Below, piece by piece: positions 42,501 through 52,512 of a stretch of 64,000 bases of DNA; the stretch's first letter is position 1; each line of letters opens with the position of its first letter. The translations under genes were made by a program, and so were the position numbers. Location of the stretch: contig CDROCS010000506.1 of NCBI GenBank assembly GCA_977020255.1, positions 682,001 to 746,000 of the forward strand, written 5' to 3'. Below the pieces are notes generated by a model that was not told the origin of the DNA, ran no database searches, and saw only the letters and a list, made by a program, of their open reading frames with translations. This stretch comes from Obrimoposthia wandeli (Eukaryota).

Positions 42501-45500
42501 ACTGCCGTGTCGCTTGACCGTTTGTGCGATCACGGTCCGGTACGGTCGGTACGCTTGTGGCGCCGTTGTAGTTACTTCACCGCTCGTTGTATCTACCGAT
42601 GCTGCAAACCGTCGCTTCTGTTACATCATCGCTGTTACATCATAAGCGCCATAGTATGTACCTGTTGTCGGTGTTGCCGTTTCTGTATCAATGCTCCAGG
42701 TACCGTTGGTCACTGTCACGCGTTATAGATCGCATGCCGTTCACTGTCACGCTTAAGCTTTCATCGTCTGCAACTACCGCAGAACCGGTAATCACTGGAC
42801 TCGTGTCGCTTGTCGTTTGTGCGATCACGGTCGGTACGCTTGGCGCCGTTGTATCCTATCGTTACTTCACCGCTCGTTGTATCCTACCGCTGTATTGCTT
42901 GCTGCCATCGTAACCGTCGCTGTTACATCATAAGTTTTCGCCATCAGTAAATTGGCCTAATGTTTCATTGCCTGTTGTCGGTGTTTTGCCGTTTCTGTAT
43001 CAATGCTCCAGGGTACCGGGTGGTCCACTGCTCTGCGTTGTTATAGGTCGCGCCGATTCACTGTCACGCTTAGGCTTTTTTGCGCCATCCTGGGCAACCA
43101 CCGCGGAACCAGTAATAACAGGGCTCGTGTCGAAAACTTGTCGTTTGTGCGATGCACGGTGCGGTACAGCATTGGCGCCGTTGTATCTATCGTTACTTCA
43201 CCGCTCGTTGTATCTACCGCTGTATTGCTTGCTGCATCCGTAACCGTCGCTGTTACATCATAAGTTTCGCCATCAGTAAATTGGCCTAATGTACCTGTTG
43301 TCGGTGTTGCCGTTTCTGTATCAATGCTCCAGTTCCCGTTGGTCACTGTCACGTTGTTATAGGTCGCGCCGTTCACTGTCACGCTTAAGCTTTCACCGTC
43401 TGCAACTACCGCAGAACCGGTAATCACTGGACTCGTGTCGCTTGTCGTCTTATGTTACGATCACGGTCGGTACGCTTGGCGCCGCGTTGTATCTATCGTT
43501 GCACCGCTCGTTGTATCTACCGCCGTATTGCTTGCCGCATCCGTAACCGTCGCTGTTACATCATAAGTTTCTTATCGATAATTATTGGCCTCAATGTACC
43601 CTGTTGTCGGTGTTGCCGTTTCTGTATCAATGCCCAGGTACTGTTGTCACTTGTTACACGTTGTTATAGGTCGCGCCGTTCACTGTCACGCTTAAGCTTT
43701 CGCCATCGGAAACCACCGCTGAACCGGTAATCACTGGACTCGTGTCGCTTGTCGTTTGTGCGATCACGGTCGGTACGCTTGGCGCCGTTGTATCTATCGT
43801 TACTTCACCGCTCGTTGTATCTACCGCTGTATTGCTTGCTGCATCAGTAACCGTCGCTGTTACATCATAAGTTTCGCCATCTACAAATGCGGCTAAAACA
43901 CCACTATCAACAGAAGCCGTTTGTGTATCAATGCTCCAGGTACCGTTGGTCACTGTCACGTTGTTATAAGTCGCGCCGTTCACCGTCACGCTTAAGCTTT
44001 CGCCATCGGAAACCACCGCTGAACCGGTAATAACAGGGCTCGTGTCGCTTGTCGTTTGTGCGATCACGGTCGGTACGCTTGGCGCCGTTGTATCTATCGT
44101 TACTTCACCGCTCGTTGTATCTACCGCTGTATTGCTTGCTGCATCCGTAACCGTCGCTGTTACATCATAAGTTTCGCCATCAGTAAATTGGCCTAATGTA
44201 CCTGTTGTCGGTGTTGCCGTTTCTGTATCAATGCTCCAGTTCCCGTTGGTCACGGTCACGTTGTTATAGGTCGCGCCGTTCACTGTCACGCTTAAGCTTT
44301 CACCGTCTGCAACTACCGCAGAACCGGTAATCACTGGACTCGTGTCGCTTGTCGTTTGTGCGATCACGGTCGGTACGCTTGGCGCCGTTGTATCTATCGT
44401 TACTTCACCGCTCGTTGTATCTACCGCTGTATTGCTTGCTGCATCAGTAACCGTCGCGGTTACATCATAAGTTTCGCCATCAGTAAATGCGGCTAAAACA
44501 CCACTATCAACAGAAGCCGTTTGTGTATCAATGCTCCAGGTACCGTTGGTCACTGTCACGTTGTTATAGGTCGCGCCGTTCACTGTCACGCTTAGGCTTT
44601 CGCCATCGGCAACCACCGCGGAACCAGTAATAACAGGGCTCGTGTCGCTTGTCGTTTGTGCGATCACGGTCGGTACGCTTGGCGCCGTTGTATCTATCGT
44701 TACTTCACCGCTCGTTGTATCTACCGCTGTATTGCTTGCTGCATCAGTAACCGTCGCTGTTACATCATAAGTTTCGCCATCAGTAAATTGGCCTAATGTA
44801 CCTGTTGTCGGTGTTGCCGTTTCTGTATCAATGCTCCAGGTACCGTTGGTCACTGTCACGTTGTTATAGGTTGCGCCGTTCACTGTAATTGACAGTGATT
44901 CGCCGTCTGCAACTACCGCTGAACCGGTAATTACTGGACTCGTGTCGCTTGTCGTTTGTGCGATCACGATCGGTGAAGCTGGTACTAAAGTATCAATTTC
45001 AAAGCCATTTTCTGTCGCTGTCGAAGCATTACCCACATCATCCGTCGCCGTTGCAACTGCAGTGTAGTTGCCGTCTACTAATGCCGACGCATCTACACTC
45101 CAACCGCCTTGACCATCAACTGTCGCGGCAACCGTTTCTACAATTTGACCATTAACATCTTTAATCACTACGCTGACTGACACAGCATCGCCGTCCACAG
45201 TACCCGTGATTGTTGGCGTTGTATCTGCAGAGTGATCTGCCACATCCACCATCGTTACCGTTGAAGCAGTTGTATCAATTTCAAAGCCATTTTCTGTCGA
45301 TGTTGAAGTATTACCCGCATCATCCGTCGCCGTTGCAACTGCAGTGTAGTTGCCGTCTGCTAATGCCGACGCATCTACACTCCAACCGCCTTGACCATCA
45401 AGTGTCGCGGCAACCGTTTCTACAGTTTGACCATTAACATCTTTAATTACTACGCTGACTGACACGGCATCGCCGTCCACTGTACCCGTGATTGTTGGCG

Positions 45501-48138
45501 TGGTATCTGCAGAGTGATCTGCCACATCCGCTATCGTTACCGTTGAAGCTGTCGTATCAACTGTAATAGCTTGCGTAACAGAAGCAGAGTTACCCGCAAC
45601 ATCCGTCGTGGTGATAGTTAAGTCTTGTGTACCATCAGCTAATTCAGCTGTGGTAATCGAATAGTTACCGTTGCTATCTACAACAGCGGTGCCCACTGCA
45701 ACGCCGGCAGCGTTGGTGATAACAACCGTTGAACCAATCTCGCCTGTACCATCAATCGTTGGCGTATTGTCAGAGGTGATATCGTCATTATTAATCGCAC
45801 TATCTGAGCCCGCATTGATGTCCGCCGTTGGCACCACAATACCAGTATCAACCGTGATAGCTTGCGTCGTCGCAGCTGAGTTACCCGCAACATCCGTCGT
45901 GGTGATCGTTAAGTCTTGCGTGCCATCAACCAATGTCGATGTCGTAATCGAATAGTTACCGTCGCTATCGACAACAGCTGTGCCCACTTCAACGCCGGCA
46001 GCATTGGTGATAACAACCGTTGAGCCGATCTCGCCTGTACCATCAATCGTTGGCGTATTGTCAGAGGTGATATCGTCATTATCAATCGCACTATCTGAGC
46101 CCGCATTGATGTCCGCCGTTGGCGTCACAATACCAGTATCAACCGTAATAGTTTGCGTCGTCGCAGCTGAGTTACCCGCAATATCCGTCGTCGTAACTGT
46201 TAAATCTTGTGTACCATCAGCTAATTCAGCTGTGGTAATCGAGTAATTACCGTCGCTATCTACAACAGCTGTACCCACTGCAACGCCAGCAGCGTTGGTG
46301 ATAACAACCGTTGAACCAATCTCGCCTGTACCATCAATTGTTGGTGTATTGTCAGAGGTGATATCGTCATTATCAATCGCACTATCTGAGCCCGCATTGA
46401 TGTCCGCCGTTGGCGTCACAATACCAGTATCAACCGTAATAGTTTGCGTCGTCGCAGCTGAGTTACCCGCAACATCCGTCGTGGTGATCGTTAAGTCTTG
46501 TGTACCATCGACTAATTCAGCAGTGGTAATCGAATAGTTACCAGCGGTATCGACAACAGCAGTGCCCACTTCAACACCTGCAGCATTGGTGATAACAACC
46601 GTTGAGCCTATCTCGCCAGTTCCATCAATCGTTGGCGTATTATCAGAGGTAATATCGTCATTATTAATCGCGCTATCTGAACCTGCATTGATGTCCGCCG
46701 TTGGCGTCACAATACCAGTATCAACTGTAATAGCTTGCGTAACAGAAGCTGAGTTACCCGCAACATCCGTCGTCGAGATCGTTAAATCTTGCGTGCCATC
46801 AACCAATGTCGAAGTCGTGATCGAGTAGTTACCGTTGCTATCTACAACAGCCGTACCCACTTCAACACCCGCAGCGTTGGTGATAACAACCGTTGAACCT
46901 ATCTCGCCAGTTCCATCAATCGTTGGCGTATTATCAGACGTAATATCGTCATCATTAATCGCGCTATCTGAACCAGCATTGATGTCCGCCGTTGGCGTCA
47001 CAATACCGGTATCAACTGTAATAGCTTGCGTAACAGAAGCTGAGTTACCTGCAACATCCGTTGTCGTAATAGTTAAGTTTTGTGTGCCATCGACTAATTC
47101 AGCAGTGGTAATCGAATAGTTACCAGCGGTATCGACAACAGCTGTGCCCACTTCAACACCTGCAGCATTGGTGATAACAACCGTTGAACCTATCTCGCCC
47201 GTACCATCAATGCTTGGCGTATTGTCAGACGTGATATCGTCATTATTAATTGCGCTATCTGAGCCCGCATTGATGTCCGCCGTTGGCGTCACAATACCAG
47301 TATCAACTGTAATTTCTTGCGTAACAGAAGCTGAGTTACCCGCAACATCCGTCGTAGTAATAGTTAAGTTTTGTGTACCATCAGCTAATTCAGCAGTGGT
47401 AATCGAGTAATTACCGTCGGTATCGACAACAGCAGTCCCAACTTCAACGCCGGTAGCATTGGTGATAACAACCGTTGAGCCTATCTCACCCGAACCATCA
47501 ATGGTTGGTGTATTGTCAGAGGTAATATCGTCATTATTAATCGCGCTATCTGAGCCCGCATTGATGTCCGCTGTTGGCGTCACAATACTTGTATCAGCCA
47601 ACCCCACCACACCAGTCATACTCGTATCTACAAATATTTTACTTTGCCCAGCTTGCGTAAAAGTTTTAGTGTCAAATTCAGCCTGCGCAAGAGTTTCATC
47701 ACCAGTACGTGATACCGAGATTGCAGACGAACGACCGCCATCGCTAGCAGTACCGGCAGCAGTGCTTACAGGATCAATGAATTCTTCATCGGATAGGATT
47801 AATTCTTGAATGGCACTAATTTCGGCTAAAACATCATCGCTAACTTGCGGGTTTTCCGATATAGACTTGTCATTATCTTCAGTGATTTCATCTAACACAT
47901 CCATCGCTACATCAGACGTGTCAGCATTATCGGTTGCTTTAAAGTGTTCATCAATTATCACTTGCGAGCCATCAGCATACTTCAATATAACTTGAGCACC
48001 GGATGTAATCTCGATTTTGCCACCCGCATCAATTTCATAACCATTTTCTAATGGCTTATTTTGTTGATCAAGTATATGAGCCGCTTGTCCATCAATACTG
48101 ATAACTTGTGCTTGCTGAGGGATAACAAATGTAATCAT
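30587..48138 (-). CDS. lapA: Giant T1SS-secreted RTX adhesin (LapA/BpfA-like), ~5850 aa; reading frame broken in 35.2-43.65 kb, probably by consensus errors
   Basis: ORF 43654-48138 gives retention module plus Ig repeats; ORFs 35536-37170, 39931-40512, 43041-43427 give the same 100-aa repeat; ORF 30587-35197 gives last repeat, PA14, VWA (DKSGS), GGxGxD nonapeptides and T1SS C-terminal DHITDFDIGEDKLDLSDLL; lies directly upstream of lapBCE. Confidence 0.9.
34925..44984 (-). repeat. About 34 tandem 300-bp (100-aa) Ig-like repeats, two sequence variants
   Basis: Landmark gcgatcacgg recurs every 300 bp in clean parts (e.g. 44660, 44360, 44060, 43760; 36971, 36671, 36371, 36071); count made by eye across degraded part. 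Confidence 0.9.
44985..45549 (-). repeat. Two tandem 282-bp (94-aa) Ig-like repeats
   Basis: STVT(I/M)(A/V)DVADHSADTTPTITGTVDGDAVSVSVVIKDVNGQ...ENGFEIDT twice; atcgttaccg at 45533 and 45251. Confidence 0.92.
45550..47586 (-). repeat. Seven tandem 291-bp (97-aa) bacterial Ig-like repeats
   Basis: IVTPTADINAGSDSAI.NDDITSDNTPTIDGTGEIG... at 47576, 47285, 46994, 46703, 46412, 46121, 45830 (exact 291-bp period). Confidence 0.95.
47752..47763 (-). other. Predicted LapG cleavage site T126-A-A-G129
   Basis: AIQELILSDEEFIDPVSTAAG at the end of the N-terminal module; LapG cuts the dialanine of TAAG in LapA-type adhesins. Confidence 0.75.
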
Positions 48139-48552
48139 GCATAAATCCTTTTAACTTTCTTATTCCATGGCGCAGGTAAAGCCCTGCGTGATTGTCGATT
48201 TATACTCTGATTACTTATTTAGAATCTTCATACTAACCAACACTTAATCGTCTAATAATAATAGTAATCACACGTACTATTAACACATTTAATTAACACT
48301 GACACCCACCGTAAATAACAACAACAAAATAGACATACAAAGCATTAGTTTTAACTGCGCTTTTATTATACATATTTAACAAACCATAAACCATTGTATT
48401 CAATTGATATTTATATTTAACAATTGCCTACAAAGAAAATTAAAAATTAGACACATAAAAAAAGATAAAAACAAAACGTAAGCCTTTGTTACTAAACAAA
48501 ATAAAATAACTATACTTTAGTGCTAATTTTAATTTAAGCTTAAATTTTAAAT

Positions 48553-48589
48553 AAAAAAAACCCACCGTTATTGCTAACGGTGGGTTTTT
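48553..48589 (-). terminator. Intrinsic terminator of the TRAP operon
   Basis: aaaaaacccaccgtta-ttgc-taacggtgggttttt; gives a T8 tail on the minus strand. Confidence 0.88.
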
Positions 48590-48637
48590 AGATGCTAATG
48601 TAACAAAATGTCGTGTTGAACAACTATTCCAAATTGG

Positions 48638-49960
48638 TTACTTCCACCATAAAGCTAACTCAGGGAAGATGATCAGCAACGCCAATGCAACGACTTGTAA
48701 ACAAATGAATGGTACAAGCGCGCTAAATATTTCACCTAAACTAATGTCTTTAGGTGCGACCGATTTAAGATAGAAAGCAGCAGGGCCAAATGGCGGTGAT
48801 AAGAAGGAAACCTGCATATTCATACAGAACACCACACCAAACCAAATTGGGTCAAAACCTAAGCCAACAACAATAGGCACAAAGATAGGCATAGTTAATA
48901 ACGCAACACCAACCCAATCCAGGAACATACCCAATACAAACAGTACCGCCATCATGATTAAGATAGTCCCCATTGGGCTACCACCACTCATCGCTAAAAT
49001 GCCTTCACTAACGAAATCAATACCGCCCATCAAGTTGTAAACACCAACCAATGCGCTCGCACCAATACCAATCCAGATGATCATGCCACAAGTACGTAAT
49101 GTCGCAATCGAGCTTTCTTTTAACATGTTCCAGTTAAGCTCACCACGAATCGCCGCACTAATCGCAATACCAACAACGCCTAATGCCGATGCTTCAGTAA
49201 TTGACGCAATACCACTGTAAATACTACCCAGTACAACACCAACCGATAGCATTGGGAATAATAATGCTTTCTTGAAGTTAATATTTTTCGCTTCGTCTTC
49301 CGCTAATTCTTCCGCGCTTGGCAAGGGGGCTAATGACGGATTTAAATAACAACGAACCAATACATACACAATATATAATAACGCTAATATCGCAGCCGGT
49401 AAGAATGATGCTTTAAACAGATCGCCAATTGAAACACTTGCCGTAAGGCCATAAATAATCAATACGATACTTGGCGGTAACATAGTACCCAACGCGCCAC
49501 CAGCACAGGTTGTACCAATAGCCAGTTTACGGTCATAACCCAGGCGCAGCATTTGTGGCAGCGCAAGAATACCAAGCAGAACGGTTTCACCACCGATCAC
49601 ACCTGACATTGATGCCAGTAACACAGCTACTAATAACGTTTGCACCGCAACACCACCACGGATGTTACGCGCTACTTTTTTCATTGCATCGAATAAGTCA
49701 CGCGCAATACCAGAACGGTCAAGCAAGGCGGCCATCAATACAAACATAGGCACGGCTAAGAAAACGTACCCACTAACAAAACTATAAATTCGGCTGGTGA
49801 TCAGCGGTAAAACCTCTGGACCAAACCAACCAAATGTGAAAATAACAGCAACTAAGCCCGTTACAAATGCCAACTGCATACCTGTTAATAACAGGCCAAT
49901 CATAAGCACAAGCATTAACAAACTGCCGTAACCAATACCGATAGATGAAAGATCAAACAT
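48638..49960 (-). CDS. dctM: TRAP transporter large permease
   Basis: 440 aa; LAVPMFVLM, ASMSGVIG, GGALGTMLPPSIVLIIY, SFLSPPFG. Confidence 0.92.
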   Translation of the reverse strand: MFDLSSIGIGYGSLLMLVLMIGLLLTGMQLAFVTGLVAVIFTFGWFGPEVLPLITSRIYSFVSGYVFLAVPMFVLMAALLDRSGIARDLFDAMKKVARNIRGGVAVQTLLVAVLLASMSGVIGGETVLLGILALPQMLRLGYDRKLAIGTTCAGGALGTMLPPSIVLIIYGLTASVSIGDLFKASFLPAAILALLYIVYVLVRCYLNPSLAPLPSAEELAEDEAKNINFKKALLFPMLSVGVVLGSIYSGIASITEASALGVVGIAISAAIRGELNWNMLKESSIATLRTCGMIIWIGIGASALVGVYNLMGGIDFVSEGILAMSGGSPMGTILIMMAVLFVLGMFLDWVGVALLTMPIFVPIVVGLGFDPIWFGVVFCMNMQVSFLSPPFGPAAFYLKSVAPKDISLGEIFSALVPFICLQVVALALLIIFPELALWWK

Positions 49961-49961
49961 A

Positions 49962-50507
49962 TTATTTATTCTTCTTAACTAAGCCGTGGATTTCTTGAAT
50001 GAGGTGCAACAAAAATTGCACTGACATTAGACACAGAGTACCAAAAATTAACGCTTTAAGTAGCGCAGGATATGCAGGGTCCCAAGCAGAGCCCGATGTT
50101 TCTAAGCGCATTTCACCCCAAGGTGCATACCAAGCACCTTCAGTCATCGTCCACGCAGCAAAAGACAGTAATACCGTGAACAACAAACCCATAATATGGT
50201 GGAACACATTTAAGTATTGCTTGGTACGTTCAGAAACATGATCGTAAATAAGAACAACACGAACGTGTTTGTCTGTCGCTAATCCATAAGCGCCACCAAT
50301 TACAAATAATGAGCCGCCAATAAAGGATGCGGTTTCATGTACCCAAATAGTCGGCGCATTAAATACATAACGCATCAACACTTCATAAAACGATATTAAT
50401 ACCGTAAATAAAAACAGCACACTAATGGCATTACCAGCCCATATAATGCCTGCATCGAGGCCGTTTCTTGGTTGCAGTTCTTCTGGATTACTCATCGATT
50501 TCTTCAT
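49962..50507 (-). CDS. dctQ: TRAP transporter small permease
   Basis: 4 TM segments; YEVLMRYVFNAPTIWVHE, HVRVVLIY. Confidence 0.9.
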   Translation of the reverse strand: MKKSMSNPEELQPRNGLDAGIIWAGNAISVLFLFTVLISFYEVLMRYVFNAPTIWVHETASFIGGSLFVIGGAYGLATDKHVRVVLIYDHVSERTKQYLNVFHHIMGLLFTVLLSFAAWTMTEGAWYAPWGEMRLETSGSAWDPAYPALLKALIFGTLCLMSVQFLLHLIQEIHGLVKKNK

Positions 50508-50564
50508 CTTATAAGTGGAAAAAAAAGGCTGCTAAGCAGCCTTCCGGTATAACACTTACTTAAA

Positions 50565-51581
50565 TTACAGTAAGTTCTTCTCTTTTAAATATGTTGTTAC
50601 AGAGTCATATACTTTTTGTGCGTTTGGAGAACGTTTTGCGTAAACTTCCCATTGGCTACGAGCAATAGTACGGAATTTTTTACGTTCTTCTACTGGCCAG
50701 TCATGTACTGTAATTTTTGGATCTGCAATTGCTTCAGCAACAGCTTCTGCATCTGCTTTTTTCAAGGTATCAACCATAGTGTAAGCAAACGTTTTAACTG
50801 AATCTTGCATTATTTTTTGTAAATCAGCTGGTAGTTTGTTCCACGATTTTGCACTAATTGATACTTCAATTGCAGGCAAAGAATGGAAACCAGGATAGAC
50901 AGGATGCGGTGCTACATCATTTAGACCCGCTTTATGGTTCGTTGAGAATACCGTGTAATCAGCAGCATCAATAACGCCTTTGCTTAGACCAGTAAATACT
51001 TCAGAACCCGGTAAGTTAACTGGTGAAGCGCCTGCAGCAGCAAATACTTGTTGTACTAGGCCTTCAGGAGCACGTAGCTTAAGACCTTTAAGATCAGCAA
51101 CACCGTTTAATGGTACTTTAGAAACAAACGCTTCAAGCCCTGTTGCTGATGCGCCAATATAGTAGATACCGTATGGCTTGTAGATTTCACGCATTAGCTC
51201 GTTACCGCCGCCGTTATACATGTAATCTAATAATTGTTCTGGTTCAGACCAAGCGCCAACAGTGTTACCCATCAAGCCGAATGCAGGATCTTTACCAGCA
51301 AAGAAACCCGTTGCTGTAATGTGACCTTGTAAAACACCAAATTTAATACCATCCAATGTTTCTGTGTGCTTAATAACAGCACCTACAGGTAACATAGTGA
51401 CATCAATACGGCCGTCAGTATCTTTTTCTAGTTGGTCAGCCCATTCTTGTTGTACTTGGAAATTCTTTTCACCTGATGGATCAGAAGATTGGAATTTGAA
51501 ATTAAATTCAGCAGCGAATGCAGATGCACTCATTAATGTTGCAACTGACGCTGCAAGTAGTGTTTTAGAAATCGTTTTCAT
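50565..51581 (-). CDS. dctP: TRAP transporter substrate-binding protein (candidate gluconate/sugar acid)
   Basis: Signal peptide; DLKGLKLRAP (carboxylate-binding Arg), EVFTGLSKGVIDA; GntR box upstream. Confidence 0.9.
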   Translation of the reverse strand: MKTISKTLLAASVATLMSASAFAAEFNFKFQSSDPSGEKNFQVQQEWADQLEKDTDGRIDVTMLPVGAVIKHTETLDGIKFGVLQGHITATGFFAGKDPAFGLMGNTVGAWSEPEQLLDYMYNGGGNELMREIYKPYGIYYIGASATGLEAFVSKVPLNGVADLKGLKLRAPEGLVQQVFAAAGASPVNLPGSEVFTGLSKGVIDAADYTVFSTNHKAGLNDVAPHPVYPGFHSLPAIEVSISAKSWNKLPADLQKIMQDSVKTFAYTMVDTLKKADAEAVAEAIADPKITVHDWPVEERKKFRTIARSQWEVYAKRSPNAQKVYDSVTTYLKEKNLL

Positions 51582-51648
51582 TAGTAGCGGTATCCTTGTT
51601 TCTGGTAAACCCGATAATGATGTTATGTTAACTTTTATGTTAATCGTT

Positions 51649-51664
51649 ATGTTACCGGTAACTG
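51649..51664. promoter_or_regulatory. GntR operator upstream of dctP
   Basis: ATGTTACCGGTAACTG vs consensus ATGTTA-N4-TAACAT; extra TTATGTTA half-sites at 51623, 51635, 51647 and GGTAACAT at 51704. Confidence 0.8.
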
Positions 51665-51811
51665 TTAAGGCAATCTTACTCTCACAAACAGTTAAACTCT
51701 AGGGGTAACATCACATTTTCGCATAAAACCGTCGGATAATTTCAACTTCCAAGTAACTATTGTTACATATGTATAACTCAGACATTTCATTTGAAAGTAT
51801 GTTTTGTGGAT

Positions 51812-51846
51812 AAAAAAAACGGTCATATTTTGATTAAAATATGACC
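51812..51846 (-). terminator. Intrinsic terminator of gntK
   Basis: ggtcatatttt-gatt-aaaatatgacc with A8 on the left (T8 tail on minus strand). Confidence 0.75.
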
Positions 51847-51914
51847 ATTATTATAATTTATAAAGGCATTGGTGTTTTATAAAACCAATCGACTATCAGT
51901 CCAATATCGTTAGC

Positions 51915-52427
51915 CTAATGGCGCTTTAAAGCCTCAATACTCAGCATTACAATATCATCAATTGTACCATCAATAGGCACAGAAAGTACGTCCTCTTCAT
52001 CTGCCAAAGGTAACTCAAGCGTATTAAATTGACTACGTAACATGTCATCACCACTAAAAAAGTGACCAGCTCTCGCTTTCATGCGCGTTAAAATTAAATC
52101 AAAGCTACCGTCTAAATAGACAAAAGTGACGGCTTTATTACCGTCACGAATTTGATCACGGTAATCTTTGCGTAATGCAGAACAAACGATAACGCCTGTT
52201 TCGTTCTTCTGCTCAATACTAAAACACGCATCACGGATACGCTCTAACCAAGGTTCACGGTCTGCATCATTTAAAGGCTGGCTCGCGGCCATTTTTAAAA
52301 TGTTAGCTTTCGGATGCAGATCATCACCGTCAATAAATTTAACGCCAAGTTGCTGTGAAATTTTTAATCCTATCGTGGACTTTCCGCTACCTGAAACGCC
52401 CATGACAATAATACTTCTACCTTTCAT
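51915..52427 (-). CDS. gntK: Gluconokinase
   Basis: MGVSGSGKST, FIDGDDLHPKANILKM, PLNDADREPWL, CSALRKDYRD, LRSQFNTLE. Confidence 0.95.
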   Translation of the reverse strand: MKGRSIIVMGVSGSGKSTIGLKISQQLGVKFIDGDDLHPKANILKMAASQPLNDADREPWLERIRDACFSIEQKNETGVIVCSALRKDYRDQIRDGNKAVTFVYLDGSFDLILTRMKARAGHFFSGDDMLRSQFNTLELPLADEEDVLSVPIDGTIDDIVMLSIEALKRH

Positions 52428-52468
52428 ATTATCTACTTCTTAACATTACTCTAAATTAACTAACTGCA

Positions 52469-52484
52469 ATGTTACCGTTAACAC
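52469..52484. promoter_or_regulatory. GntR operator upstream of gntK
   Basis: ATGTTACCGTTAACAC. Confidence 0.8.
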
Positions 52485-52512
52485 GAGAAAACACAAGTAT
52501 TATAACTATAGC

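Noticed and set aside
35198-43653. Natural pseudogenisation of the adhesin
   Set aside because: Damage is confined to the near-identical array, is indel-dominated and mixes both alleles within units, while unique domains and the secretion genes are intact. Not excluded without reads.
34925-47586. Repeat arrays as CRISPR or satellite DNA
   Set aside because: Periods are 282, 291 and 300 bp (multiples of 3), there are no unique spacers, units translate in frame, and no cas genes are present.
35376-47995. Dozens of short ORFs on both strands inside the adhesin repeats
   Set aside because: They are antisense or off-frame shadows of the periodic Thr/Val-rich coding repeat, or products of indel errors; they recur with the repeat period and have no RBS or family motifs.
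48165-48195. c-di-GMP-I riboswitch in the adhesin leader (minus strand aucacgcagggcuuuaccugcg)
   Set aside because: Only a 6-bp hairpin with passing similarity to the start of the Vc2 aptamer; the GCAAACC, GNRA tetraloop and receptor helix are missing.
48303-48316. RfaH ops element upstream of the long lap operon (minus strand ACGGTGGGTGT)
   Set aside because: Several mismatches to GGCGGTAGnnTG, including the key TAG.
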